The notes under the pieces: model-generated
Told to the model about the DNA's origin: nothing
Database searches by the model: none
Seen by the model: only the letters and a program-made list of their open reading frames with translations
Assembly (NCBI GenBank): GCA_000320545.1
Contig: ADNK01003482.1
Coordinates: forward strand, 62,001-126,000
Source: Bigelowiella natans CCMP2755
Taxonomy: Eukaryota > Protista > Cercozoa
Reading direction: 5' to 3'
DNA: 64,000 nt
Shown: piece after piece, positions 1 through 13,586 of the stretch
How the letters are laid out: every line of letters starts with the position of its first letter
How positions within the stretch are numbered: position 1 is the stretch's first letter
Translations under genes and position numbers: made by a program

Positions 1-540
1 GTCGACGAAGTGTGCAAATGAAGCTGCAAGCAATGAAATGCAGAAACATTGAAACATTGATCACAATTTGACGTTCAACACCATCACGATGCACAGACAA
101 GCACCAGAAGTAGCATGCTGCGCTGCGGCTAGCTGGTGACGTGAAGGTGCGCCTCTGGCAACAAGGCGAAGTGAAACTAGCCACGAAGATGCGAGGTCTC
201 AAAAAACTGGCCAAAAGCAGGCGAATAAATCAATTGACCGCCAAACAAAGAATGGGAAGAAGTGGAAAATGAACACACGATCGAAGGTGAAAGAGCGGCC
301 CAAAACAATGATTGAACGACGAATGATGATGAGCGAAGCGAGGGATTTCCAGTGGTGCAGCCAGAGGAGTGCTGACTCACCTTGAACATAGCCACCCGAG
401 TGAATGAATGAAGTGATTCCAATGGTGCAGTTCTGGAGTTGAAAGGATCATCATGACTCCTCGCTGCGTTTCAGGAAGCAGGCTCCTCAAATTTTTGGTG
501 CTTGAATTGGCATCACCCAGGCATGCATTCCCCGGGATTC
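1..540. mobile_element. Degenerate repeat/transposon fragment (TpA-depleted), continues off the left edge
   Basis: Very few TpA in about 500 bp (two of them in CTAG), TG/CA-rich, broken reading frames. Same composition as the other repeat blocks. Family not identifiable. Confidence 0.45.
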
Positions 541-656
541 GGCAGCCATTTTCCATGAATAAATCTTGTCGCTGTGATGAAATCCAATTGATTTCTGTGC
601 TTCCTTTCCATACCTAAAAACCCACGTCGAACGACATCATCACTTGTACTCTTACC

Positions 657-1994
657 ATGGGGGCGGGTATGCGAATAATAAGTGATTGCATTCGGTTTAC
701 GCTCCAATGAACGTTCATATTTGATTTCCTATCTCATTTTGGGATTATTTTCTAATCATCTCGACAGAGCGCCAAAATATCTTAGCAACACGCGAACACA
801 CACACACACACACACACACACCAACATATGTGTGTACATGATATGTCTTCTAAAATCTTGCTTGAATTTCTTGCACGTTGTTCTATTCAATATGGCCTTA
901 GTTTGCTCTCCGATTTCTGCCGACTGCACAGTGTAATTGAAGCCGCTATCCTCATCAGCATAAAAAGAAGCATTCCTTTCCGAATTGTAAACTTTTATTG
1001 AAATTCTACAGCTTTGCGAGGAGGTTGCTGCCTTCAATATTCCATATAAAGCCAGAAAAGACAGTATTTTTGGCTGGACGCCAAGGGGTATACAATTCTC
1101 CGCACCTTATAGAACATCTACAACGAAATATCTTATCTCAGGCTGGAAAGACATCTCTTCTATACAACATTCACATGTACAGACCAATGGGACATAGCAA
1201 ATTACCAGCAACTGAAGGATTTAATTATGAGGTTAGTGTTCAAACAAATTTAACCTATAATAAAATGGTTTATTTACTTATTTTGTATCAATCTCAGGTC
1301 GTAACCTTCAGTCAATATGTCTACTATCAATTTATCGATCCTTCAGGAAATTACACAATGAGGGGGCTGTATCCAATATTTTGGCGAAATATGAAGTTTG
1401 ATTTTGTTGTGTGAGTACCATTTATGCCATTGCAGTAGTGCATCGTAAGATCGTATAATGTATTTCGAATCTACAGATATGTGATTGATATGACCGAATA
1501 TCTAAAATGCCGTTCTGAGCTTGAGAGATATGAATTCCTAAGACAAGGTATTATGGCTGCTCAAACTCATAACTAGCATACAACACATGTATTCATTTTT
1601 TCAAACATTAGATCGTGAGCAGCTTTCCACAATATTAAGCGACCTGAGCCTGCACGCTGTCCAAGAGCGATACAAAAATGTAATCGTCTTCATGAACTTC
1701 AAAAATGAGGAGCACAATACGATTCGAAGCATTGCAAAGGCGTACCTCATCGACGATATTCAGCTTGAACAGCAGGGATCAAAACAGACAGATGAAGGTT
1801 CATCGAAGGCAGTAGACCGAAAACGGCCTTTCCTCCCACCTGAAAATTTTGTAGACAAACCTGAGGATGTCTTACGCTTGCTTATATCCGAAGATGTGGA
1901 TTGGGTAAAAGGTTGTGGATTCTTTACAACAGAGGATGGATTTCAAGGAAGATTCTTTCCAAATCAATTCGATGCAGCAAGTGCGACAATTTGA
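657..1994 (+). CDS. Divergent Arf/Arl-family small GTPase (multi-exon; start approximate)
   Basis: Removing intron 1088-1141 (GT..AG) gives the P-loop TVFLAGRQG|AGKTS. Following motifs: ATEGFNYE (switch I, like PTxGFN), FIDPSGN (G3), DFVVYVID, IVFMNFKN (G4 position). Candidate MG start at 657; stop 1992-1994. Confidence 0.7.
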
Positions 1995-1999
1995 GCTTC

Positions 2000-2720
2000 A
2001 GAGGGACACTGTACGTCGTCATTGTGCACCAATAGAGGGGCATTACGGACCTCGCCCTTTGAGTTGGTGCAGCATTGCATTGTTCATCGATTGCTAGGAT
2101 TCGATGCGATGGAGGTGCGCAAACGCGTGCAACAATAGCAGTCTGGTAACCACTCAAGACTGCTCACACACATGGTTGGTTTCCTGAAGGCACCATGCGG
2201 TATGCAATGCGTTCCTTTTCATGCAAAGTAGTTCTTGTAAGCTAGGCGTATGATGTGCAATGAGTGTACGTCCCAGCGGATAGATGTGATGCCTAACTGC
2301 TAGCTTGCAAACATGCAGCAAACTAGCAATTGTGCATGCTCATTGCAGCATTGCAACTTGGCTTGCAAGATGCAGACTAGCAAGCTCCATCTTTGGCATG
2401 GCATACAACAATAGCTAGCTGCACGTACGCGCTAGCGCGCACTCACTACTTCATTCAAATAAATCGAGAAATGCAATGCATCTATTTGTGGCATACGTGA
2501 TCTTGCAGAACTGTTGAACTGTTGCGATGGTGCGTCTACACATGATTCTGCGCTGCCTGCATCATCATTTGCCTGTTGTTGGAGGAATACAGCCCTCTTA
2601 GTGATCAGCGCGTTCTATAGCCTTTGTGTGATGGGCGCACATAGCATGTTGATCTAGTTCGAAAACATACAACGTACATTTAGTAGCTGCTATGAACTGT
2701 GCTCTAGTACTAAGTTGGTG
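2000..2720. repeat. Degenerate repeat block between convergent genes
   Basis: Rich in TGCA/CATG/CTAG, no coherent exons. Confidence 0.5.
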
Positions 2721-2918
2721 ACATGCACGCCTTTCTGTCACCCCAAATACAAGCTTGTTTTTTCTACATGTTAAACTCAGATATATTGGAAACAACATTA
2801 TCGGTTCGAATCCATTTGTTTTTGGTATCATGGTTATGATTCTTTGCTTTAATCCTAATTTGCGGCATCGCGCTTGTAACGGAATTAAGCAACTCCTTTT
2901 TGCATACCTCTAACCAAT

Positions 2919-5900
2919 TTAACTCTTTGTTTTACCCCCAACATCTGAAACTTCCGCAACCTGATGTATAAAATCAAAGCAAACTTGACCTTTCCGAGCA
3001 GGTTATCTTTTCTTTAACATCAAGAATGAAGATTGTTGAACTACCGAAGCCACAAACTTGATGGTCTTGGAAGTAAAGAGAGAGTAACTATTGTCCCAAG
3101 TTAGCGTTACTTTGCAGGGTCCCTTTGAGGTGTAAGAACCCTAACCAGAACGAAAAACAATGATTAATTAAATAATGGCATCTCACACTGGTTGATAAAC
3201 ATCATCACTATCATCTTTGACCTGGTCTGTAATCAGCTTTTCATACTTGCGCACTTCGAGCTCTGTTTTGTCACCTTCCTTCTCTTCGACCTTGACAGAA
3301 AACCCAACATCGTAGTCGCCCTCAGAGATGAAGTACCACCCAAATCTTCCTGCCCCATTTTCAGCTTCAATGCAGATTTCCATCTTGTCGCCAGCCCTAT
3401 CATTATCATCATCATCGTCGTCATATTTTTATGCATCATCACATGTATATTTATGATATAGTTGTCCCGAAGCTACTACTCCAGCAGCAGCAGTAGCAGC
3501 AACAATGGGGGGGGGGGGGGGGGGGGGTACGACAGCAAGCACGGGGGGAGGACGGAGAAGAGGAAGAGAATGATGCCACATACGCAATATTGGTCTCCTC
3601 CAGCTCTTCTCCTTCATATGAATCAGCCTAATGATAATGTTAGAGTACAATTAAATAGGGAGGAAAAGAGAATGCAGATGACGATTCTTTTTGGTCAAAA
3701 AGAGAGGGGAAACGAGGTCAAACTACTACTTTTCTCATTTTTATGTACTGGCTGCATCACTCACTCACCGAGGAACTTTTGAGGTCCGAAGTGTCAAGAA
3801 TTGGGATATCTGCAGCATCCCCACCATACCTGGTCAAGGAGGAAGAGCAAGCAAGGCCCCAATTGTCATGATGATGAGTTGGGACAACAACAAAATCATG
3901 TTTTTTCAACCAAGATCGCTATGTTCAAAGAATCTTTGGTTTCTATTACTGTGGACGGTCTATTATGCTCCTCTATACACCTACATCTTCGGTAAGCTTT
4001 CCTTCGGAATGTACTGTGCAAGCTCCGTTTTTGCATCTCCAACGAGTTCAATATGGTCACTCACAAATGCCGGGAGATACGGCTTGATAAGCTGCCAGAA
4101 CATGGGAAACACCCAACCCGCGTTTAGGACATACACCTTCCCCATGAAGTTTGGGTAATACCTGCGATAAGGATCGTAGTGATGCAATATATTCTAGCAA
4201 TTCTGTACACTAGCTCAAGAAGAGAACATCATGAGATAAGGGAGAGAGGCTCCTTGCCACCACCCACTGCCATAATTCAAGAAAAAGGAAGTGCTGGTCG
4301 TAGAGAATGTTTTGTAAAGTAGTGTATTGTGTTATTGTCGCTGCTGCTACTGTTACTACTTGTCATCACACGCGAGGGTCCCTACGAGGTAAGGAAAGCC
4401 CACGCGCTGCTGTAAACTAAATCCCTCAAGATCCATCACCATTACGAACTAATCATAGTGTTTGACGATGATGTGAGTAGGGGCAATATTGACGCAATAT
4501 CGTCGTTGAAGCTATGGCGTAAATATGTGGGGATACAATGGTTACATTGATTGATATTTGATACTCATGAAGTGTGACTACTCAATACAGTCTTACTTGC
4601 GTGACAGGTTTCTTCATATCTTGGGACGATTTCTCAGCCCTTGCCTGACATCGATACATATTTATACACACATGCACGCACGTACATACGAAGTCATGTA
4701 TTTACTACTATCATTCAGAAAACAGGGGAAAGTTCAATATTGAAGAAGTTGTAGTGGAACTAGAAGCACGTAGTACCATCATTTGCTGGATACCCCAAAC
4801 GTGGCATCTTTCAAATTCCTCCTTAGTAATATTTGCATGAAGCAGATCACAACGGATTTTGCCAGTGCGCTCGTAGTAAATCGGACGCCCTTCTTTGTCG
4901 CAGCCTAATTACGATAATAAGGAATACCTTCTTCTCATTTCCTACTCAGCAAAGTGCGCGGCACTGTACGGTACCATGTGTGCAACTGAACGGGATGCAC
5001 TTGTTCATGACGGTTTGCTTCTTCGGTTCATTCTCCTACATTTATCAAACATTTTTTTAATTTTCATAGAGAATTCTCAGGATAGTAATCTTTGTACTTA
5101 CCATCGTCAATTCTCCGACTTTGTTCTCTTCGAACCATTTCTAGAACATCGAGCAAATCATATGTTATCGGATTAACGTGATGGAAACGTGTACGATTCC
5201 ATGTTCTTCCTTTCGAATTGTGTATTTTCACTCCTTCGTTTTTGTTGGATTTATGAATTGTGAGCCAGCACGTGAGCGTATAAGAAAGAGAGAGGTGGGT
5301 GAGGGGGTATGGCGCTTATATCTTCCATTTTCGTGTGTTCCACCAGAAAGACAGTAAGCTTTTCGAAGGCGGCAGTCGCATCATACGCCCTGAAATATTG
5401 GCGAGGCTAAGATCGATAATCTTGGAAAATATAAGAGTTGTGTGAACGCACTTGTTTTCCAAGAACCGAAGGAGGAAAATATCTGGGACATCCTCGTATC
5501 CTGAACGGCAAAGCAATAATGAATGCGCCGTCCAATTGTTTCACACATTGATTTTGAAGAAATTTAAAAATATAGATTCATCGGCTATACATTTAGAAGT
5601 AAGATTAAGCGGAATATGATTATCTTGTCAAGGTTCAAGAATATTTTGTCATCTCTTTGTCACCATGCTACAACCCACATTTACAAATTATACGACTGCT
5701 GATCACATTCAATGCATTCGAGTGCAACGATCTTCCATGACGAAAAAAGGAACAATCTAAACGATCTGAATAAAGAATCCTCTTGGAAAGTGGAGTATCT
5801 TGAGGAAGGGAGACTACCAGCCTTGCCGACGGCTGCCCGCAAACTCTCAACAGCCTTCATTCGAATTACATAAAACAAGTTATGCCATTTTAAAAAAAAA

Positions 5901-6030
5901 CAAGATGAAATAAATAGATAGAATTAAAATTTAAACTGACTACCTTCTTCTCATCATCGCCGAGGGATTCAATCTTTAACTTGGAGGCATTCTTCATCTG
6001 GTGGGCGGACGTGCCCCATTTCGACGCCAT
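2919..6030 (-). CDS. SEC14/CRAL-TRIO lipid-binding protein with C-terminal GOLD domain (multi-exon)
   Basis: Exons encode DIFLLRFLE (CRAL-TRIO N-terminal), YYPNFMGKVYVLNAGWVFPMFWQLIKPYL...IPKESLPKM|YGG (CRAL-TRIO), and GWYFISEGDYDVGFSV...KVTLTWDNSYSLFTSKTIKF (GOLD). ATG at 6030, TAA at 2919. Confidence 0.9.
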
Positions 6031-6592
6031 CGTGCAAATTCAGATTTGTACGACGCGTAGCTCAGAATAATTTTACTACGACAACACAATCTTCATGTCT
6101 TTTTAGAGTGATGAAAGGTAATACGATCCAGCTCCATGAAGGTAGTAAGAGGCGATCGACTTCAAGTTACGAGTTATCTCTCTAAATTCTTTGACGGAGG
6201 TACAAAACTTAGACCATAAAAGAGAACCTCTAAAAAAAGAAAATAAATAATTTTGACTAATATAAAGCGTATTGGAGCTCCCACGAAGAGAAAATTCCCG
6301 AACTAATATTTCTCCAATATAAATATTTCAGCGGTGTTCAATCTTTAATTAAATTTTGACGACCACTAAAAGACCTTGTCGTTTAACGATTTTCTCCACA
6401 TATATTTGTGTTAAGTGCCATATTTTGGCGGGTGACCGTTGTGGCCTTTGGTTCGATGAGGCGATGATGTAGTCGATTTATGTACGAAGACATCATTACT
6501 GGGACGTCGTTGTTCAGATTTCATCGCTCACAACCTGAAAAGACAACAGCAACAGTCGCCCCCCCCATCCTCATCGTCGGTACAACCACAGG

Positions 6593-8608
6593 ATGAAAAC
6601 GACTTTCCCAATCTTAAAGATCCGCGAGATCGTAAAATGTCTCCGGGAGCTTCACATCTCCTTGTCAACTGAGGAAATCAAGAAACCTACCAGGAAGAAG
6701 ATGATGGAGGTACACGTAAAACTTATCAACTGATATGATTAAGAGAGACAATGCTCGAATGGTGTCACAGACATTTATCATTGTTTCTAAGTTGAGAGAA
6801 AATTAAATGCTACATGGACTGTCACATCAGGTTTATGAAAAGTTCCTGCATCATATGATGGGTGTCTCCAAAGAAGAGCTTCGACAACCCGCTTTTGATT
6901 CTATGGACTGCTTTGAGTATCCAGAGTTACATGAGGATTCTGTTGGAGAGTTCTCGACCAGTTATTTCTTGTAAGTTATTCATTTACTAACTGAAACTTA
7001 CTATACATAAAACGCGATTCTCTTGGAAGGCTTCGCCTTTTCCATGCAGTAGGCCTCACCAGAGCAAGCATGCGAGATTTCATGTTCCCAAAGTCAAAAC
7101 GAACCATCAAGACTCTGAGCGCTCTCATTAACTTCGCCAAGTTTCGAGAAGAAAAGTTACCTCTGTACACAAAATTCTGCACAGATACGGTAAAACCTTA
7201 CGATTTTGATAGAAATACATGAGATGATAGAATCTACACCAAATACAGGAAGAACTTCAGAACCTTCTCGAAAAAGTAGCCATTGAAAACGACTCCTTCA
7301 AAGCAAATCTTGCCCAACTAAAGTATGTCACAAAAGTTTCCGTTAACATAATCCAAATTGAGTTTACTTGGTGTTAGGGAGCAACGAGAGCAAGATGCCC
7401 CTCAAATTGAGAAGTTAAGCCAGGAGACAGAAGAGCTTGCTGGCAAAATTGAAAAACTCAACGAACTGCACGCATCTTTGAGAACTGATATCCGAAGTAG
7501 GAAGACAGCTCTTAAAGATACAGAGGATAGGATATCAACGAGGTAACGAATGAGTCCATTATATTTCCCGAATCGAAGTAATACGATTTCAACCGTTTTC
7601 CCACAAAGCAAATTCGAGATTCTAAATGTGAAAGAGGAGAATAATGATCTGAAAGAGCAGTTGGTGCAATCTCCAGAGCGAGTAAAAAAGGTTGTGATGT
7701 ATCATCTAAGAATACTATCAGATATTAAGCATTATTCTCCATATTCAGGTGCTCAAGGATCTGACAAAAACTATCAATGTAGAGAAAGGGGAACTGCAAG
7801 AGAGTGCAGAGAAGGCGAGAATTCTTCAGAATAAAGTTGCTCTTCTTCAAAAAGTGAAAAATGTCAGTAAGTTATCTAATTTTATTCTCCAATCTGTGCT
7901 CACGATTTGAATTGTATTCGAACAGAAATTGGCTAAAAGGATTGCTACGTTGAAAGAGTATGGAAAGATTATGAAAACAATTAAGGAACTTCAGCGAGAT
8001 ATTAAGGTTTTGACAACGGCCATCTTTCGATGTAAAATGTCATAAGGCTACCGTATTTTCAGGATGGAAGAAAAATCGTGGGCGAAAATAAGGAGCACGT
8101 GAAGAGCACAAACATTACTGTTGACCACATGAAAAGACAAATTAGCCAGTACCAGACAAAGCTCTTCGAGGTACGGTGTACGGAAATATTTAGATGCAGC
8201 GCTAATATTTATTGATATCGACCTTTTTGAAAAAATTTCCAGCTTCAAGAACAATTTGACGAGAAGAGACAAGCGGCAAACAAGCTGTTGAATGAGGCAA
8301 TGAAGAAAAAAATGGAGAGCATGCATATTGGAGCCCAGGAAAAGGCTAAAATCGAGCATAACACCATGGTGTATAAGACAAGGAAGCATGAGGTTAGTAG
8401 GAGTGGAAAATATAATGTGTACATATTAAAACTATACATATTTCTATACATTTTTTATTCATAATTACTTTTACAAATACTTCAGCTTGAATTGGCCAAG
8501 AAAACGCATTCTCAGAAAATGCAACACTGGAAGGATAATTATGCAGATCTTCTCAAAACAGTTAGAAGATATCATGATCACCTAAGGAACAAAATTACCG
8601 CGAATTGA
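6593..8608 (+). CDS. NUF2: Kinetochore Ndc80-complex subunit Nuf2 (multi-exon)
   Basis: MKTTFPILKIREIVKCL..., FEYPELHEDS, LSALINFAKFREEK, then a long coiled coil. Short GT-AG introns; stop TGA 8606-8608. Confidence 0.92.
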
Positions 8609-8749
8609 GATCGTTAGATCAGCAAATTTTAGTCATCATGTCTTAATAAGCTTGTTTAATTTCCTTATTTGTATTGCCCATCCATTTAATGGACTGTAAT
8701 GTACACAAGCAATGTTCCAGATAAACACGGATAAGATTATTAGCACCCA

Positions 8750-9540
8750 TCACATCAGCACCGCGCATCGCCGCCATCCCCATACGATGCAATGTCACCC
8801 CTGCTTGGTTCGGTGTGTAGGCAATCGTTACCTCATCGCATCATCGATGAGCTGCTGCACACACAACAAAACAAGATACCATGCAGCCTAGCAGCGCAGA
8901 TATATCCGCTGTCACCCTGCTGCAATGGTCAGAGCATGCAGCTCATTTCCAGATTTCTAGATTTGTTGTGCACACGTTGCTGTTGTGTGTTGTGTGTGCT
9001 AGCTCTAGAGCTTGCTAAAAATGCATCACGATGTGGTCTCTAGCTAGGTCTCATGAATGTCCGGCATTCTCTATATTGTATTCTAGCATTCTAGCATTCT
9101 ATAGCTAGCATCATTTGTGCATCATCAATTTGGTCACAAGCACCATTTAGCAGCCATGTCGACCTAGCTGTCTAGCTGTGGCTAGCTAGCTAGCTAGCTA
9201 GCTAGCCGTCACGTAGAAGAAGGCAGTGATGTGCTAGCTAGCTAGGACTACGGCTCACATCTAGTCATGTCCAGCTAGCCAGATCTAGCAGAGATGTGCA
9301 TGGCCATATAATGCAGCAGGTCGCACATCTAGCTAGCTCGTAGCTATCCATGGCTAGGTGGCATGCATGGTCAAACCACAGCGCAGCATTCAGAAATTGA
9401 CTGTGCCATGCTAGCATGTGATGTGCAATGACATTGGCCATGCTTGCAAGCAGAGCTAGCAGAGACTAGCAGAGGCAGAGCAGTTGCTACGAGCATTTAA
9501 ATTTTGCTCAGAATCGAACGACATCGGTACGTCGGAATTT
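8750..9540. repeat. CTAG/TGCA-rich degenerate repeat block with a (GCTA)6 tract
   Basis: gctagctagctagctagctagctagc at 9181-9206 and many scattered CTAG; lies between convergent NUF2 and DHHC genes. Confidence 0.6.
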
Positions 9541-9619
9541 ACAGGAATTTAGCCATGGCAAAGGAGAAGCTTAGTATATATAATCCTCATGTTACACGCG
9601 CAAAACTGGAATGTTACGA

Positions 9620-12501
9620 CTAGACATCATGCTCAACACCAAGTTTTCCTAATTCAATTGCTGAATTGCTTTGGACCTTTTTGTCTTCGAAGTTAACAAT
9701 GTTGGCTTTAATCGAGACGTCACTGATGTGATGGAGAAAATGAAAATAGTAGAATGTAAAAATTATGTACGGTTTTTGAGATTGCGCATCATCAACTTGT
9801 AGAATGTGGTCGATAATCCATATCTAGATATACTACCTGCCCTCTTCTTTCTCTATTTCATTTTTTTTCTGTATCTCTTTCTCCCTTTCTTCCCCCGGCA
9901 GTGTGTAGCCGTAGAGCGTCTCCCAGTCTCTCCAGCATGGCTTCGAAGGCCATAACCACTCCGAACAATATTCAGCGTCGCCCATCACCTTAAGGCAACA
10001 ATGATTGCAGGCCGTCAGTCTATCATTAGGAGGCATTTCAATACACACACCTCCGCCAAGTTCTGGAAGAAAGGATTTGCCTTCCTGAATGTTTTCTTCT
10101 GCAAGCGATCGATCTTTGTCTACCGAGGGGAGGGGTAGCATAGATATGTAAGACTCGAACAGGAGAAATTGAGGATGGTGATAATGAGGAGGAAAAGGAG
10201 GGGGGATCATCAACAAAACCTTTACCTGATCTGATACTATGGAACCCACTTGGTCACACAGCATGCAGATTGTGAATAGACCGAACATTAGAGCTTCAAA
10301 AGTCTAAAAGACGATAAATTAAGATGATGCTCCGGGAGGGATGAGCAAAGGTGAGCGTTAAAAACAAAAATGGTTGGTAGCAGCAACATGCACTCTCAAG
10401 TACAGGTTGAAATAAAGCAGCTTCGATACTAGCAAACAGCAGATATGTGTATTGCAATATAAATGATGGTGTGGATGGTCTATAATTACCAGCAGGGCAT
10501 AGAGAATGGTGACATGTGGACTCTGGGTGGTAAGTTTGCAAACCTGAGGGAATTAACGACATGTCAAGACGCATTGCCCCAGTCTGCTCTACTAGATGAG
10601 CGAGAGAAGCAACTTCAAATTCGGATTACCATCAATTCATTACCTCGAGCATCTCTTGAGTTGCAAGTTCTGTATGACGTGGAGCCCGTGGCATCCCGGA
10701 TTTTGCCATAATCTTCAACGCCATTCTAACAAATAGCAGTAGTAATAGTAGTGCACTTTAGAGCAATCGAATGTGCGGATAGGCAACACCGCCCCACAAA
10801 CCTAAAAAATGATTTCATAAAGGATAGGATTTTGGAGTCGAGAGATCATTCGTCGTATAACCTTGACGAGCTCTGTCCGCATCGCACAAATAGAGTGAGG
10901 ACAAGTCCCAGAGAAAGCCAACAGCTATGACAAGTAGTATCACAGAGTGATTATGCGGAAATGAGGAGAATATTATATCACCATAAAGTAAGTTGTAAGA
11001 TGGAGTACTAGGAAATTGCTTACATTTAAAGATCAGTATCGTCGTCGTCGCGTCATCATCATCATCATCATTATATTCAACAGCCTCAATTGTTCAGATA
11101 ATCAATCTGAGAATGAAGGTGGCCATAGAGTGCTAAGTAGAGGATATACCTGAGCGAGATATAGAGCAGGAAAAGTAGAAACAGCTTTTGGTTGCCAAGA
11201 CCGACGCAGTTATTCACCCACGGACAATGGTGGTCCTGAGTGTTAAGAAAAAATACTACTATCAGATATAATCTTCTTATTAGAAGTCTGAAGATCCAGA
11301 CTATCATATCAAGTACTTGGATAGATTGGAGGATGTGGGATTTCAGAAAGGGCATAAGAAAGAGAAAATCTGTGAAAGAGAAAATCTGTAGAACAAAATT
11401 GCCACCCCTACCATTCTGACGACATTTCTCTGTATTTGGCGATCGAAATGCGCTCGTGGAGGCTTATAAACTCCCGTCCGCCGGCATTTGGGTAGTGGCT
11501 GATAATTATCATTACTCCATTATTTTACACCATGAAAGGCACTGCTAGATGGTTTTCGCATTTTAAAAGATTATTTAATATGGAATGCTAGAGGTAAACT
11601 CCAGAATTTGGGGTCTGATAATTGTTTCACGCAATCGACTCTTGCTGACCCTTCCTATGCGCTTAAACTTGTTGGAGTCTCTGGGTAGTGGTTCGGCCTT
11701 TCTTGGCACTGCACCTGTTTAGAGGATGGGTTCTCATTTTCAGTGAATTCTCGTATGCAAATATCAGAAGCAGCAACGCTTCATTTCTAACATGTCGAAG
11801 GAATAGCCAAAAAGACGTCACCAGCTTTTAAATATTGCTATACATGAAAACAGTAGTGGTAAAGCATTCTCTAGCTTTTTCGTTTTTAATGTAGAAGAAA
11901 GCCTGCATTCGCTAGTCAAATTCTCAACCCGACATGCTATACAAACCTGGATCTGTCGTCATTGTACGGTAGTGGCTCAAAGAGGCCATAAAGAGTAACA
12001 AGTTGTAAAACAGGAGCAAAAAAATTCCAATCGTGCTGAAGCCGAACATGGGAACAATGATGAGTCTATTCGTGATGTAACAAGCTCCATATATGAAGAA
12101 TTGCCTACGTAATCAAATTGAGAGGATGTGAGTAATAGTATCACAATTTCTTTTCACGGAATATTAGGTCATGATAAGATGCACATGCAGCCTCATTATC
12201 GCCTTCAACATCACCATCATCATCACGACCACCATACTATCATCATCACTATTGCCATCATCATCATCATCATTATCATCTCATTATCCTCCTCGTCAAT
12301 CTCTCTGGGTGCTGTATTTACGTACGTAACACTAGCGCATAGCATTCCACATGGACTCTTGTTCAGCCAGTAGGAAGATCCTTCGAAAGTTCCTGTACGT
12401 CTCCATATTTTGGGGGGGAGGCAATGAGAAAGCCATAGGAGGAGGTTGGGGAAGCAGGCAGCGACGGGACACGTGGCCAGAAGAGGCAGGTTCGGTGCCA
12501 T
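9620..12501 (-). CDS. DHHC-family protein S-palmitoyltransferase (multi-exon; 3' end approximate)
   Basis: Exons give TM segments, MTTDPG|AVP, KPPRAH...VVRM|[43 protein letters not shown] and NLAE|VMG..WLWP. Confidence 0.92.
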
Positions 12502-12691
12502 TCCTGCCTGCCTTTGCGAACTGCTTTCTAGATCAAATATTTACGATATTATCTCGATTATATTTAGGATTATTGTTTGTATTAGCAATCGGGTAGATCA
12601 AAAATACACAGCCGAACAAAATATCTCCCCCGTACTCTCATATATTTAGCAGTATTTCTAGAATTTCAAGTGATAAATTACCAGGATTACC

Positions 12692-12728
<37 letters not shown>

Positions 12729-13059
12729 GAGAAGAATCATGACGCAGGCTCATGCAATTGGGCTCATGTAGAATCACATTCGAGCTGTGATGGAGCGCCT
12801 CTCAACTCTCAATGTGTGTGCACTCAAATCCTAAACAGCGATCGTGGACTGCTGGATGGATCTCCATGATTGATGGATCACGTGGATCAATGACCGAGAT
12901 CTGCAACACAACACACAACACAACACAACAATGATGTCAGGAGATCACAACTATTGTATAAAATATCAGGTAAAACACAGGGCAAATAACACACGCGACA
13001 ACTAACTCCTAGAATGGTAGCGGGTGGCCGTTACCGTTGATGAAACACTGTTTACATAG

Positions 13060-13440
13060 CCCATGACTTCCGTGCCAGAGCGATGATGCGTCTCCCTGTC
13101 TCCTTCGTGTCTAGTTCTAAGCATTAGACCCTTTCTTATCCATTACCCCACCCTTGGAATTCCTCATCAATAGGGATGGAGCAGTTTAAGGTGTGAAAGT
13201 GAAGATACCCCTGCACCGCCCCCTCGTTTTCACTTCTGCGTTTGTCAATGTAGGACGTACTGTCCAAGGATGAGCTTGAGCGAGGGATCTCAGCGGAGGA
13301 AGTAGGAATTTGATGGATAAGTACATTAAGCATATTGTATTTGAGATAGATGAGTATCTTGCATAGGTCACATTACTGGACCCATTCTCCAGGCAAAGCA
13401 AAGGTTATCAAGATTTGAATAATTTGAGTGTTTGTGCGTT

Positions 13441-13484
<44 letters not shown>

Positions 13485-13540
13485 GTTTTGGAGAGGAGTG
13501 TATCTAAATTCTTTTATACATCCATAAATATGACACACAT

Positions 13541-13586
<46 letters not shown>

